NCBI RefSeq assembly: GCF_006345805.1 | Contig: NC_043000.1 | Location: forward strand, 35,774,001 to 35,838,000 | From: Octopus sinensis | Lineage: Eukaryota | Direction of reading: 5' to 3' | Length of the DNA: 64,000 nt | Shown: positions 1 through 12,296 of the stretch, piece after piece | Numbering within the stretch: the first letter of the stretch is position 1 | Layout of the letters: every line of letters begins with the position of its first letter | Made by a program: the position numbers and the translations under genes | The notes under the pieces: generated by a model | What the model was told of the DNA's origin: nothing | Seen by the model: the letters and a program-made list of their open reading frames with translations, nothing else | Databases searched by the model: none

Positions 1-315
1 TGCATGACTGAGGTCACCTTCAGCTGGGTGGAATGACAGTAGACATGTAGGGGGGCAACTTAATGCAAGGAGATGAGAGGTTAAAGTACGAGAGAAGGGC
101 CCGGGAGAGAATAGGGACTTCTTGCTGTGGCAAAAAGAAGGTGAGGGTGATACAGGTGGGGCTGAGAAGATAATGAAAAATCTTGCTGAAGAAAATTCAT
201 TTTAATGATTGAATGTCTTCAAAAAATGAATTCTGGATAATTTTGTTATACAGAAATAGGATTAATAAAAGCTGATAAACAATAAAGTTTTATATATTTT
301 TTCCTGAAATTTTAA

Positions 316-521
316 CCTTTTCGTTACCAACCCTGCTGAAACTGTCTTTGGCTCTGAGTACAAATGTCTTGTTTTCATAAGTTTTGATTTAAAATTAGTC
401 ACAATTTATGTTCATAACACTAGCTTAATGATAACAAAGTTATTTTACTAAATTTGTTGTTATATTTAAAGTAATTGAAAGAAACACAGAGTGTATCAAA
501 GTAAATACAGCAACGAAAGGG
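316..521. mobile_element. piggyBac-type MITE
   Basis: TTAA at 312-315 and 522-525; terminal inverted repeats CCTTTTCGTTAC / rc CCCTTTCGTTGC; no ORF. Confidence 0.75.
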
Positions 522-649
522 TTAAATGTAAAAATATTGTTATTTTTTTATTGATCATTTTGTAAATAAGTATTTTAGCTTTTCATGTTTTAAGTTGTTA
601 CTGCCAGAATTTATCCACTAAAATGCTCTCCTCTCTCTCTCTTTATCTC

Positions 650-1020
650 ATTCATTCATCATCATCATCATTTAATGTTTATTTTCCATGCTGGCATGGG
701 TTGGATGGCTCGACTGAGGACTGGCAAGCCAATAGGCTGCACCAGGCTCCAATCTTATCTGGCAAGGTTTCTACAGCTGGATGCTCTTCTTAATGCCAAC
801 CATTCTGGGTGTGCAGTGGGTGCCTTTTATGTGCCACCAGCACGGGAGCCAGTCAGGTGGCACTGGTATTGGCCACATCCAGATGGTGCTTTTTACATGC
901 TACTGGTACAGGAGCCAGTCGAGGTGGATGGTGGGGGGAGGACTGGTATCGACCACGTTTGGATGGTGCTTTTTATGTGTCACCGGCATGGGGAGCCAGT
1001 CAGGCGGCACAACAAAGATG
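650..1020 (-). mobile_element. RTE LINE 3'-UTR fragment with (GAT)n tail
   Basis: (CAT)n on +, then the motif ctacagctggatgc..cctaatgccaacc and about 60-66 bp subrepeats; matches the 3' UTR following the RTE ORF end at 4545-4815. Confidence 0.65.
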
Positions 1021-1594
1021 TACAGGTGTCAATTACTTATGGCTGTTTCTAATGAATCTTTTAATTGATTAATGAAAACATTACATCATCTGAAAGAAAC
1101 TGTTCCTGTCCTGATATTCAATATTATTGATGTTCAGTATCCAATTAATATTGTTTGGATGTGCAGATTATACCAACCTAGCAAGGGGCCTTAATTTAAG
1201 TACCTAATTCGACAGAATCTTAATTTATATTTTTATATATACATATGTATATATAATCTTCAATGGTGTCGGATGATGTGGTGTGGTGTGGTGTGGGTGC
1301 TGGGAAGTGGTCAGTTCTAGTGTGTGTGGAGTGGTGTGATGTGGTGTGGGGGGTGTTGTGGTGTGGGGATATGGGTAGGGGTAGGGGTGTGTGGGGTGGG
1401 TTATGGGTGGAGGGGGTAGGAGTGAAGAGAGGAAATAGGTGTCAGATGAAGAGGAGAGGAAGAGAGTCAGGTGAAGAGAGGAGGGGAGTTGAGCCCATGT
1501 GGCACAAAAGAGTGAAGAGAAGATTAATTCCTGTTCACAGTGAAGGTGGGAGTCCTGATGGCCTCTCTGTGAAGACAATCCGAACACACACACA

Positions 1595-2045
1595 TCATCA
1601 TCATCATTGTTTAATGTCCGTTTTCCATGCTGGCATGGGCTGGATGGTTCGACTGGGGGTCTGAGAAGCCAGGTGGCTGCACCAGCCTCCAATCTGATCT
1701 AGCAGTGTTTGTATAGCTGGATGCCTTTCCTAACGCTAATCACTCTGAGAGTGTAGTGGATGCTTTTTATGTGCCACCAGCACAGGGTCCAGAGGGTGCT
1801 GGCATCGACCACGTTTGGATGGTGCTTTTATGTGCCACCAGCATAGGAGCCAGTTGAGGTGGCGCTGGCATTAGCCATGTACAGTTGATGCTTTTTATGT
1901 GCCACCGGCATAGGAGCCAGTTGGCGTGAAGGGGCCGGCATCAGCCACGTTCGGATGGTGAGGGGGCTGGCATCGACCATGTTTGGATGGTGGTTTTTAT
2001 GTGCCACCAGCATGGGGAGCCAGCCCGGAAGCGCTCGCATCAGCC
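1595..2045 (-). mobile_element. RTE LINE 3'-UTR fragment with (GAT)n tail
   Basis: Same family as 650-1020; at least four gtgccacc-anchored subrepeats (1771, 1832, 1899, 2001). Confidence 0.65.
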
Positions 2046-2375
2046 ACAGCAGTACTGGTATGACTTTATTTCACTGAGGAGGTTTAGTAATACTGAAACA
2101 TATCTATAGTTACCTCCTTATGGCCAGACATTATATTAACTCTTCTGACTGTATTCACCATATTACATTTTCAATATTTTTGATTAATACAAATATCAAA
2201 GTTGCCTCCCTTGACTTTCTTGACCAGAATTAATCCCTATACCTGTCAACATATCAATCATCTCCAACCGTCTTCCATTCCTTGAAGTAATAAATAGTTG
2301 GACAATGTCTTGAACACCTCGGTCAGTTTGTAGAACAAAATGTAACATTTCAGAAATATATTCTCCCTTTCCCAG

Positions 2376-2469
2376 GTTCAACATCTTGAAGAAAGTAACG
2401 CTGCTATGTGTGAAGACCTTTTGCAGAAGTCTGCGATTATTGAGTATTATGTAATGGATGGAAGAACAG
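2376..2469 (+). CDS. GRIPAP1: GRIP1-associated protein 1 (GRASP-1), internal coding exon
   Basis: cccag| acceptor, |gtgag donor; 94 nt = VQHLEESNAAMCEDLLQKSAIIEYYVMDGRT + 1 nt; I recognise this as matching vertebrate [30 protein letters not shown]. Confidence 0.93.
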
Positions 2470-3059
2470 GTGAGTTCATACCGTTGCCATTCCTTCCAAT
2501 CAGGTTCTGCCTTTCAATAATTTCTTTTGTTCCCAGAGAATTTCTTTTGTTGTTGTGTGTGGTTTGGTTTATATATTTTTACATTATATTTCAATCGGTC
2601 GTTTGTTCTTTGGGCGCCATCAGGCATCATATTCCTGCAAACAGACTGGCTTTGAATTCCAAATCATTTCTTTTTAATGCAGCCTCTCAATGTTCAGTCT
2701 GGGCAAAAAATAAACATGTGTGCCTGTCTGTGTGTCACACATCTACTTTTAAGTGGGAAATATCAACTTTTAATATTAATGCTGCTTCTGTTGCTATTCA
2801 TTATTGTCTAATGAGCCAATGGGCTAAATGGGGCACCAATGCCTGAACAGGCACTGAGATTCTATGTCTATATAATATATTGTTAATAATATCAGGAAAT
2901 TAATATCAGAAAATTCTTCAGAAAGGCATATACATGTGTATAATAATTATTGTATTAAAAATACATATATAAAAATATATGTAAATATGTATAAGTATAA
3001 ATGTATAATAATAAATATGACAGTTTAAAATTTAATAGTTTAAAATTAAGTTTTTAAAG

Positions 3060-3151
3060 CATCTTACGATCGTTTCGCAAAAGTATTGTCTCTATAATGG
3101 AATCCTGTATTGTTAAACATTTATAGACAATACTTCTGCTCATCAGAGATA
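3060..3151 (-). ncRNA. Minimal type I hammerhead ribozyme (PLE-type), intact core
   Basis: rc: TATCT-CTGATGA-GCAGAAGTATTGTCT..AGACAATACTTTTGC-GAAAC-GATC-GTA-AGATG; 5-bp stem I, 15-bp stem II closed by G-C, palindromic stem III ACGATCGT, GUA cleavage triplet. Confidence 0.85.
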
Positions 3152-3309
3152 TAAAATGTGAAGTTTGTATAATTTATCGAATGGTAGTTTTTTTAAAAAT
3201 ATGAAGTAATATGGGGAAATAGTGTTTGTTTGAAATATAAAAAAGTTACTGTTTTTGATTTTGGTAAATACACTTTAGTATGATAATCTTGAAATCCGTA
3301 TAAGCCTTC

Positions 3310-3354
<45 letters not shown>

Positions 3355-3598
3355 TGCTGATAGAGAAATTGCTGCTATGTCTAGGCATAGATGTCTACCA
3401 TTGACAAGGTCAAAGAGGCTGAAATCATGTGATCTGGTTGTTCTGGCAGTGGTACCAAATGATTGTCTCCCACTAGCAATATAAACAAGAGTGCTTATAT
3501 GCACCACAAGTCCATACGAGAGGTTCTTTCAGGGTAAATAATGCAGTATATTTGTGTTGTGACACAACATCCACTTTCCAGTGGGGATAAATATTATC

Positions 3599-3643
<45 letters not shown>

Positions 3644-3708
3644 CACACACACACACACTACTACTACTACTACTACTAGCAGCTTTGTTGTTTCTTTCTC
3701 CTCTCCAG

Positions 3709-3866
3709 ATGGTTTAGCAAGCCACCATAAATCTACTGAAGAGAAATCGTCTCTGAAGAAAGTTCTGGAATTGGTGAATCGTGGAGATGTGAATATGAAA
3801 GAGATGAACCGCAAGTTACAGAGGATGCTGGAAGAAACCTTGACCAAGAATATGCACCTGCAAAAG
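3709..3866 (+). CDS. GRIPAP1: GRIP1-associated protein 1, penultimate coding exon
   Basis: ctctccag| acceptor, AAG|gtgag donor; 158 nt, phase-compatible with both neighbours; encodes ..GDVNMKEMNRKLQRMLEETLTKNMHLQK (vertebrate [28 protein letters not shown]). Confidence 0.95.
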
Positions 3867-3964
3867 GTGAGAGTTTTTGTGCGATTATGTGCCCTTAATC
3901 TTTGTGTGTAGTCTTTTACTGATTACGTGTGCCTATACTGGGGCACCAAGGTGTTTTAGTCAAG

Positions 3965-4225
3965 CCACCTGACTGGCTCCCATGCCGGTGGCACATAAAA
4001 AAGCACCATTCAAGCATGGCTGATGCCAGTACTGCCTGACTGGCCCTTGTGCTGGTGGCATGTAAAAAACACCCATTACACTCTCGGAGTGGTTGGCACT
4101 AGGAAGGGCATCCAGCTGTAGAAACATTGGCAGATCAGATTGGGGCCTGGTGCAGCCTTCTGGCTTGCCAGCCCTCAGTTAAACTGTCCAACCCATGCCA
4201 GCATGGAAAACGGATGTTAAACAGC
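3965..4225 (+). mobile_element. RTE LINE 3'-UTR fragment
   Basis: ggttggcactaggaagggcatccagctgtagaaac..aacccatgccagcatggaaaacggatgttaaac; same family in opposite orientation. Confidence 0.6.
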
Positions 4226-4544
4226 AAGATATGCGCCCCCCCCCCCACTCAGCACTTGTTTTAGCATTTATTTTATTGATCTCTGTTTATTCAATGGCGC
4301 AGTTAACTGTTTATTTGACACAAAGGGATGTAACTCAAAATACCACTTTACATTGGTATTTACAAATACACACATGTACATGCACACACATACACACATA
4401 TGGTGCTAATTAGACACATGGACCTCACAAGGTATAATGTTGATTTGTCTAATTAAAGAATGTGTTCATTAAGAGTGTCTTAAATGCTTTTTATGTGACA
4501 CCAGCATAGGTGGTAATCTCCATAATAGATTTTACTGTACAGAA

Positions 4545-5095
4545 GCCTGTCGTGTGGTGTGCGTAGTGTCAGATGTAGTGTGCAAGAGAGAAGACTGCAC
4601 CGGTATGGCCATGTGATGCGTATGAATGAGGACAGTTGCATCAAGAGGCGCTGATCTTTAATTGTAGGGGGAACATGTGGAAGGGGTAGACCCAGGAAGA
4701 TGTGGGACAAAGGGGTGAGAAAAGATCAACAGATGTTGGGACTCACTGAGGGGATGGCAGGGGACTGGGACTCCTTGCGGTTTGCTGTGTTTGAAAAGAC
4801 ATGTCAAGCTAAGTAAGACTGTGGTTGTCCTTGCATACAGGCTTGTCCCCTTGCAGCCCTTTCAAAGTGAGCATCCCTAATCTTGTGGGCTTGTAAGTGC
4901 TGGTGCCCTGTGAAAAGCACCCGTACTTCTTGTGCTGTGTAAAAGCACCCAGTACACTCTGTAAAGTGGTTGGTATTAGGAAGGGCCTCCAGCTGTGGGG
5001 ACCAGGTCAAAGTAGACACAGAAGCAGAACGATGTCCTTGGACCCTGACCAAAGGGTCCAGCCCATGCATGGAACATGGAGGTTCAGTGATGAGG
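4545..5095 (+). mobile_element. RTE-clade LINE, 5'-truncated 3' end (ORF2 C-terminus + 3' UTR)
   Basis: Translates to VQERRLHRYGHVMRMNEDSCIKRR*..GTCGRGRPRKMWDKGVRKD..MAGDWDSLRFAV, the typical RTE C-terminal RRLRWxGHV / GRPRKxW pattern, followed by the aggaagggc.tccagctg UTR. Confidence 0.8.
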
Positions 5096-5208
5096 ATTTA
5101 CACACACACACACAAAACACACACACACACTCAAACATGCACACACACAAACATGCATGCACACAGACATACACACACACACACACACACAAACATGCAT
5201 GCACACAG

Positions 5209-5241
<33 letters not shown>

Positions 5242-6404
5242 TGCAAGCACATAGACATACACACACACATACATGTACACACACAAATATGCACACACAC
5301 AAGCATGCACACAAACATGCATGCACACATACACACTCGCAAACATGCATATACACACACACACCCACACATAAACATGCACACATGCACACGCATGTAT
5401 ACACACGCACACACACACGCACACGCACACACAAACCATTCACATGTGACACATGGTTCTGTGCTTGCTGTTTCTGTCTACCAAATCCACCCTGAAGGCA
5501 TTGAGTGATCTGGGGTTTGTAGTAGAACAGAAGACCCTTGCTCAAGGTACCGCACGGTGGGACTGACCCTGATGTCATATGATTGCGAAGCGAACTTCTT
5601 GAACCAACAGTCAGGGGGCCCAATAAAAACTCCTTCCACAAAACAGATGTGAACTTCCAGTCCATAGATTTGGTCCAATGTTCCAATTTTTTTACTGACG
5701 TCAACCATTTCATCTCTAAAAATAAATTAGAGGACAAACATAATTTTTCATTTATTTTCAATAAAATGTAAAAAATGCCCAGCGGAATATTCTGTCGAAG
5801 CAGACCTTTTGTTTTATCCAAACATTTCCAATCTCCCAATTCCATCTCCATTTAACGAACCAATGTAGTGATAAACGTCTATTTTAATTTCCACCTCTCT
5901 TTTTACATTATTGTTGCTTGTTTTAACGTCATGCTTGTAATTGCAATGAAAATTTAATCCAGTCGCTCTGCTTCGTTAGCAATCTTTCTTGCTGTTACAT
6001 CGTTAATATGCAGATTAATAATGCAATTATAACGATATTATATTGCCAATATGCTATTATGGTTTATATTTGTGAGTTTTTTTTGTTTTTTTCCATCTTT
6101 CTACATTTCTTTTTGTGTTTTCATTGTTTATTGTGGTTGTCTTTGATATAATATCACTGATACAAAAAACTAGTTGACTGTGATATTGCTGTGAGGATAT
6201 CTCCAAGGTATACAAATATAATATTCAACATGAAGGGGCAAGAATGTAAGACTTACGGGTTTGGTGTTTATATCTTACTCTGCGGACACAGCTTCTTCAT
6301 TCCGAGATTTCTGGGCAGTACTCCTTCAATCCTAAGATAATCAGCAAGTCCGTCAAGGAAACTCCTCAATTCTGTGGGAATCAGAATACAAGCAACATAT
6401 AGTT

Positions 6405-6790
6405 ATCTTTTACTTTCTTCAGTTATTACACTGTGGCCATGCTGGAGCACCACCTCAACGAATTTTGAGTCGAATGCCTGAGCCCGAGTACTTGTCTGTT
6501 TTTTAAACCGGGAACTTATTTTATCATTCTTTTTTTTTGCCAAATTGCTAAGTTGCAGGGATGTAAACACACTAACATTGGTTATCAAGCGGTAGTGAGG
6601 GACAGACAGACATACACACACACACAACGAGCTTCTTTCAGTTTCCATCTACCAATTTATGAAATCCACTCATAAAGCTTTGGTCAGCCTGGAATTATAG
6701 TAGAAAACACTTGCCTAAGGTGCCACGCAGTGGGACTGAACCTGCAACCATATCATTGGGAAGCAAGCTTCTTACTACCAGCCATGTCTG
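6405..6790 (-). mobile_element. tRNA-derived SINE family A (CORE-like centre, internal microsatellite, L2/CR1-type tail)
   Basis: Reverse complement of the copy at 6835-7258. Confidence 0.8.
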
Positions 6791-6800
6791 TGCCTCTCTT

Positions 6801-6834
<34 letters not shown>

Positions 6835-6996
6835 GGCGCAGGCGTGGCTGTGTGTTAAGTACCTTGCTTACCAACCACATGATTCTGGGTTCAGTCCCAC
6901 TGCGTGGCACCTTGAGCAAGTATCTTCTACTATAGCCTTGGGCCAACCAGAGCCTTGTGAGTGGATTTGGTAGATGGAAACTGGAAGAAGCCCGTC

Positions 6997-7040
<44 letters not shown>

Positions 7041-7258
7041 ATATGTTTGTGTGTCTGTGTTTGTCCCCCCACTATCGCTTGACAACTGATGTTGGTGTGT
7101 TTACGTCCCCGTAACTTAGTGGTTCAGCAAAAGGGAACCGATAGAATAAGTACTAGGCTTACAAAGAATAAGTCTTGGGGTGATTTGCTTGACTAAAAGT
7201 GGTGCTCCAACATGGCCACAGTCAAATGACTGAAACAAGTAAAAGAATAAAAGAATAT
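6835..7258 (+). mobile_element. tRNA-derived SINE family A
   Basis: Head GGCGCAGGCGTGGCTGTGTG..GGGTTCAGTCCC (A/B-box-like), CACCTTGAGCAAGT, internal (TA)n/(TG)n, tail GGTGCTCCAACATGGCCACAGTCAAATGACTGAAAC-(AAAAGAAT)n. Confidence 0.85.
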
Positions 7259-8059
7259 AAATTTATAATTAATTATTAATTATAATTGAAGGTGCACGAA
7301 CTGATATCGTTTGAATTTGGCACTGGTCCTTCAACGATTTTGACAGGCATGATGAAGCGAGTATAAGTTTAACCCTTGGCAACAGCAAGACCTACTCATG
7401 AGAACTAAGAGAAATATCCCAAAGTTTGAAATCACGTGATGTAGGTATATCTGTGATCCTTTTTTTGTGACTTTCAGCTGCAATGGCAAGTTAAATTTTG
7501 CCCGATCCCTGATTTTCGCCAGCCTGTTCTGTTTTCACTGAAATGGTGGCTTGTTTGAGTATTTTTTGACTCTAATCTCTAGCAACGCTGGTACTTTGTG
7601 TACCCTCAGTTATAATCAATGATTAATTATAAATTTAGGAATTTGCCTTGTTGGCTTTAATGCTGGCTGGTCACTTATATTATTTATTAAAGATAATGAT
7701 ATCTTTATTTATTTATGCTCCATAGAGCATGATCCTCGGGAGACGAGAGGGCTCCATATGCTGGACGTGACCTGCCCAGATATATATGTCATCATTGTTT
7801 TTTAATGTTCCCTTTCTCATGCTTGCACAGGTCAGGTGGTATTTATTTTCTATGACTGGATGCCCTTCCTGTTGCCAACCCTTCCCTGTTTCCAAGTATG
7901 GTAACATTTGCCCCATGGAAAGACATGTTTCTGCAGGGTATTGGAAACAATGACCGTGACAAGTCACTTCCAACTACCACAGGATGTCAGGGCAATCGGA
8001 CACAGACATACACTCTCTCACACTTGCACACATATGCACATACATGCATGTGCCTGCAC

Positions 8060-8215
8060 ATACATCATCATCATCATTGTCGTTTAATGTCTGCTTTCCA
8101 TGCTGGTATGGGTTGGATGGTTTGACTGAGAACTGGTAAGGTGGCAGGGGGTTGCACCAGGCCCCATTCTGATTTCGGGCCTGGATGCCTTTTCTAATGC
8201 CAACCACTCTGAATG
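8060..8215 (-). mobile_element. RTE 3'-UTR fragment
   Basis: (CAT)n followed by gtttaatgtctgctttccatgctggtatgggttggatgg..ggatgccttttctaatgccaacc. Confidence 0.6.
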
Positions 8216-8222
8216 TATATAG

Positions 8223-8271
<49 letters not shown>

Positions 8272-9928
8272 CATGCACACACATATACACAAGACGGCTC
8301 TAGGTGCAGGCATGGGTGTGTGGTTAAGAAGCTTGCTTATCAACACTGAGATCTCAGGTACGGTTCCACTGCATGGCACCTTTTAGTTACTGTTTAAGAA
8401 ATCCACCCACAAGGCCTTTGTTCAGCTTGAAGCAATAGCAGAAATTTTACCGGTGAGTGTGTTAGATTATAAAGCACAAAAATGACTCTCCCCAGACACA
8501 AGAGTATATATATATATATATATATCCTCATTGTTTAATGTCTGCCTTCCATGGTAGCATGGGTGGGACTATTTCACAAGAGCCAATGAGGCAGAAACTT
8601 TGCACCATGCTTCTGTGACTGCTTTGTCGGGATTTTTACAGCTGCGGGCCCTTCCTAGAATCAACCACTCAGCAGATTGAACTTAGTACTTTTTACGTGG
8701 CACAAGCACAGGCGAGGTCAGTTTTGGCAAGGTTTTTACAGCTGGATGCCCTTCCAAACACCAGTCACTTTACAATGTAGACTGGGTGCTTTTAAGTGAC
8801 CCCTGCACTGACAGGGTCACCAAGTACTTGCAAGATGTGCCTTGTGGTATTTTGTTGCATCACTTTACATTCTGAGTTCAAATCCCTCTGGTGTTGGGTT
8901 TTTTTATTCATCCTTCCAAAGAACGATAAACTTGAGTAACAGTAATATGCTGGGGTTGATTTGTTCAGCCTCACCCACTAACTTTGTGACTGTCAGTATT
9001 CTCCCCCACTCCACCACCACTTGAAATTTTAATTAACACCCTGTAAAAGATATTACATTACTAATATGCTAATTACTAATTTATCATGATGCTACAGTCG
9101 TAATTTGCATATTACTAATGTTATTGTTGCTAATTAGCATTTTAACGATGCATATGCTAATATGCTAATTCTAAACTCTGCTGCTCGTTTGCATTGTAAA
9201 TTATGTCAACTCACAACCTGAAGGAATATTGCATTATTAATGTTATAATTAGCAATGTTTGTGTTAACGAGCAATCATGTGATGTTGTTAATGAATTAGT
9301 GAATTGAGTGACACTGGGAATTAATGAGGTCAACAGGAAGTTACTGGTGGAGCAAATAACAAATATTTGTCTCCTAAATCTATCATGTAATTAGTACTTT
9401 TGCTTCGTTAAGGAATTAACTGAATCCTTGATGGTGTTGATTGGATGGCTCTTTGTCCAGTATTGTTCCAGCTATGACCACCACATCTTATTCTTGGGCA
9501 TTATGTGTCTAAGACTATGTCATCTAATGTCTTTTTCAAGATAGAAGTTTGGCTGCTGTTTCTAGCAATTTGTTTGACCATGTCAGATATCTTTTATCTT
9601 TCACTTATTTCAGTCAATAGACTGAAGCCATGCTGGAGCACTGTCTCCTGGGCTTTTTACATGAATGAATTGGTTCCATTACTTTTAATTTTTTTTATAA
9701 GAATTTTCTTCTGGTCGAGTAACCCATACCACTCAAAAGGTCCCTGAATAAGGGTTGTTTAAGGATGTTGAACGAAAAACCCATGTTTCCAGAGGTGAAT
9801 TATTCAAACCCCAAAGAATCCCTCTCAACACACGACTATGATGCTCCCCTACTACTTCTGCTCGTGATCAGAGATTCACATATCGTCAGCCACTAAGGGA
9901 TATGGTCAACTGGTTAAGGTCAAGCAAA

Positions 9929-9966
<38 letters not shown>

Positions 9967-10037
9967 TCACAGCTTGGAATCACACTTGAAATCTTACGGT
10001 TAGTAGCCCACGCTCTTAATCACTACGCCATATGCCC
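9929..10037 (-). mobile_element. Short tRNA-like head + (AAT)n (partial copy of the 34131-34429 element)
   Basis: rc GGGCATATGGCGTAGTGATTAAGAGCGTGGGCTACTAACC..GTGACCTG(AAT)n. Confidence 0.7.
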
Positions 10038-10134
10038 GTGGTTGTCAGGTAGTGAGGAACACAACCCCCCCGCCCCTCCCTCCACACCTGACTTTAAAAC
10101 TGGGAATTCAGTCTTTTGCTGTATAAGTCCATTT

Positions 10135-10994
10135 ATAATAATAATAATAATAATAATTGTGTACAGTGCTCAGGTGCACTACAACTCATCTAAAGTGTAT
10201 ATATAATCAGGTGTAGTTTCGGCGGATTTCGGAAAGCATGAGGGCCTTAAAAGATGCAGTGTCATGGCAGTCAACAACTGACGCAGGCAGTTTATTCCAT
10301 GCTTCAGCAACTCTGAGCGTGAAAAAATGTTTCCGAAAGTCATGGGAGCTGTATTGTTTTCTGACTTTGTAGGCATGTCCACGTGTGTTAGACACATGGA
10401 GATCAAAAAGGTGTTCAGTGTTGTTGTTGGTGAGGTGGTTGATAACTTTGTGGGTTTTACCAGTCCGTCGCCAAACGCCGGAGCTTCAGTGAATCCATGC
10501 CCAGGGAAACAAGGCGCTCAGAATATGGTAGGTGTCTGATGGAGGGTATGCGTTTGGTTGCACGTCTCTGACAGATTCCAGGAGGTCAATGTTCTGTGCA
10601 AGATAGGGGTTCCAACTGATGATGCGAATTCCAAGTGTGGTCGTACCATAGCTGTATACAGTTTTAAATAGATGGCTGGAGAGCGGCTAACAAGACCTGC
10701 TGAGTGATGCCAAGACACCCTCGGCCTTCCTGACAATCTTAGAGATATGCTTTGACCAACGCAAATCACTGCTGACAGTGATGCCTAGGTCACGCTCGCA
10801 AGAGATTTCTTGATATCAGTGTTGTGGAGGGAGTAAGTGAACGCAGGGTTTTTTCTCCCAAAATGCATGGTGGTACACTTGTCCACAGCCAGTTTCAGTT
10901 GCCAATCTGTGATCCATTGCTGCATTGTGTCTAGGTCTGATTGCAGGAAAGAGTTGTAGACATCAGGATCTGTCCTCTTGATTTCAAGGTACAG
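10135..10994 (-). mobile_element. CR1-type LINE, 5'-truncated, frameshifted
   Basis: Translations LQSDLDTMQQWITDWQLKLAVDKC, LYTAMVRPHLEFASSV, TRGHAYKVRK..FFTLRVAEAWNKLP; (ATT)n 3' tail. Confidence 0.9.
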
Positions 10995-11599
10995 CTAAAA
11001 TTCCATAATCCCTCTTTGAAACCCTAAACTGTTGAGTTGAATCTCACAATTCTTTCTCCCTTGGCCCTTTCGCTTTCCAATGATATTTAATCCTTTTGCA
11101 TTCAGATTAATCAGTCAAATCTATTGCTTATTTATTCCCATTGATTTGAATTAATCCTGGATTATCTCACAGCTTTGAGACATCAGTGACATGATTGTTT
11201 ATTTTTAGAATGACAGTGTAGGCTAAGTGTGAGAGGCCAGAGCTGGCAGGTCTGAAGATGAAACGGGCAGAATATCTGGCCCTGAGATGACCAGTTTGAA
11301 TGTTGGAAGGTTAATGGTAACTTTCCTTATTGTTTTATTTCCAATCCTAAATTACTGGGAGAATGGAAGAATTTTAGTTACTTTCATTTATCTCCCAAAA
11401 TCTGTGAGTTTGTGCCAATGTTATGAAATTAACTTGGAGGATGCAATTAAAACAGCATTGAATTAATTACCCAGGAAGGCTGGAACATGTCTATTGTTCT
11501 TGTGAGTCATTTTATTATTGACACAACTTGTTGATGTAGAGATTTTCTCTTGGACAATTCCACAGCATCCTGTCTGTTAATAGTGTGTGTGTGTATCAT

Positions 11600-12075
11600 C
11601 ATCATCATCGTCGTTGTTTAATGTCTGCTTTCCATAATGGCATGGGTTGGACGGTTTGACTAAGGACTGGTGAGCCAGAAGGCTGCACCAGGCTCCAATC
11701 TGATCTGGCAAAGTTTCTACAGCTGGATGCCCTTCCTAACGCCAATCACTCCGAGAGTGTAGTGGGTGCTTTTTACGTGCCACCGGCATGAGGGCCAGTC
11801 AGGCAGTTCTGGCAACGACCACACTCAAAAGGTGTTTTTTACGTGCTACCTGCATGGGAGCCAGTCCGGCATCACTGGCAACGACCACGCTCAAATTTTG
11901 TTTTTCACGTGCCACTGGCACATATGCCGGTAAGGCGATGTTGGCAATGATCATGCTCAAACAGTGCTTTTTACGTGCCACCGGCACAGGAGCCAATCTG
12001 TGGTCCTGGCAATGATCACGTTTGGATGTGCTTTTAACATTCCACTGGCATCAGTGCCAATCAGCCGGTGCTGTC
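11600..12075 (-). mobile_element. RTE 3'-UTR fragment with five about 66-bp subrepeats
   Basis: Subrepeat anchors near 11777, 11843, 11909, 11975, 12040; (CAT)n tail on +. Confidence 0.7.
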
Positions 12076-12201
12076 ATCGGCCATGTCAGTGATTTTGATT
12101 TGATTTCACTTGCCTCAATAGTTCTTTGCAAGTAAAGTTTATTGTCCATTGAATGAGGGGTACTCATAAGTGGGCTGGCTACACCCCACGCTCGGATGTG
12201 C

Positions 12202-12260
<59 letters not shown>

Positions 12261-12296
12261 TATATATATATAAATATATATATATATCATACAATA

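Noticed and set aside
675-1072. Overlapping ORFs of 87-125 aa
   Set aside because: They lie in the RTE 3'-UTR repeat and recur with different stops in other copies
5007-5508. Long H/T/C/V/Y/I-rich ORFs here and throughout the window (e.g. 30147-30402, 36397-36793, 50718-51318, 60908-61348, 62982-63952)
   Set aside because: Translations of (CA)n, (TA)n and (TATG)n microsatellites, which lack stops in some frames; no coding signal
5592-5851. Non-repetitive part of the 255-aa ORF and a CAGGGGGCCCAAT mariner-like end
   Set aside because: No recognisable transposase motif and no partner TIR found; the ORF length comes from the adjacent microsatellite
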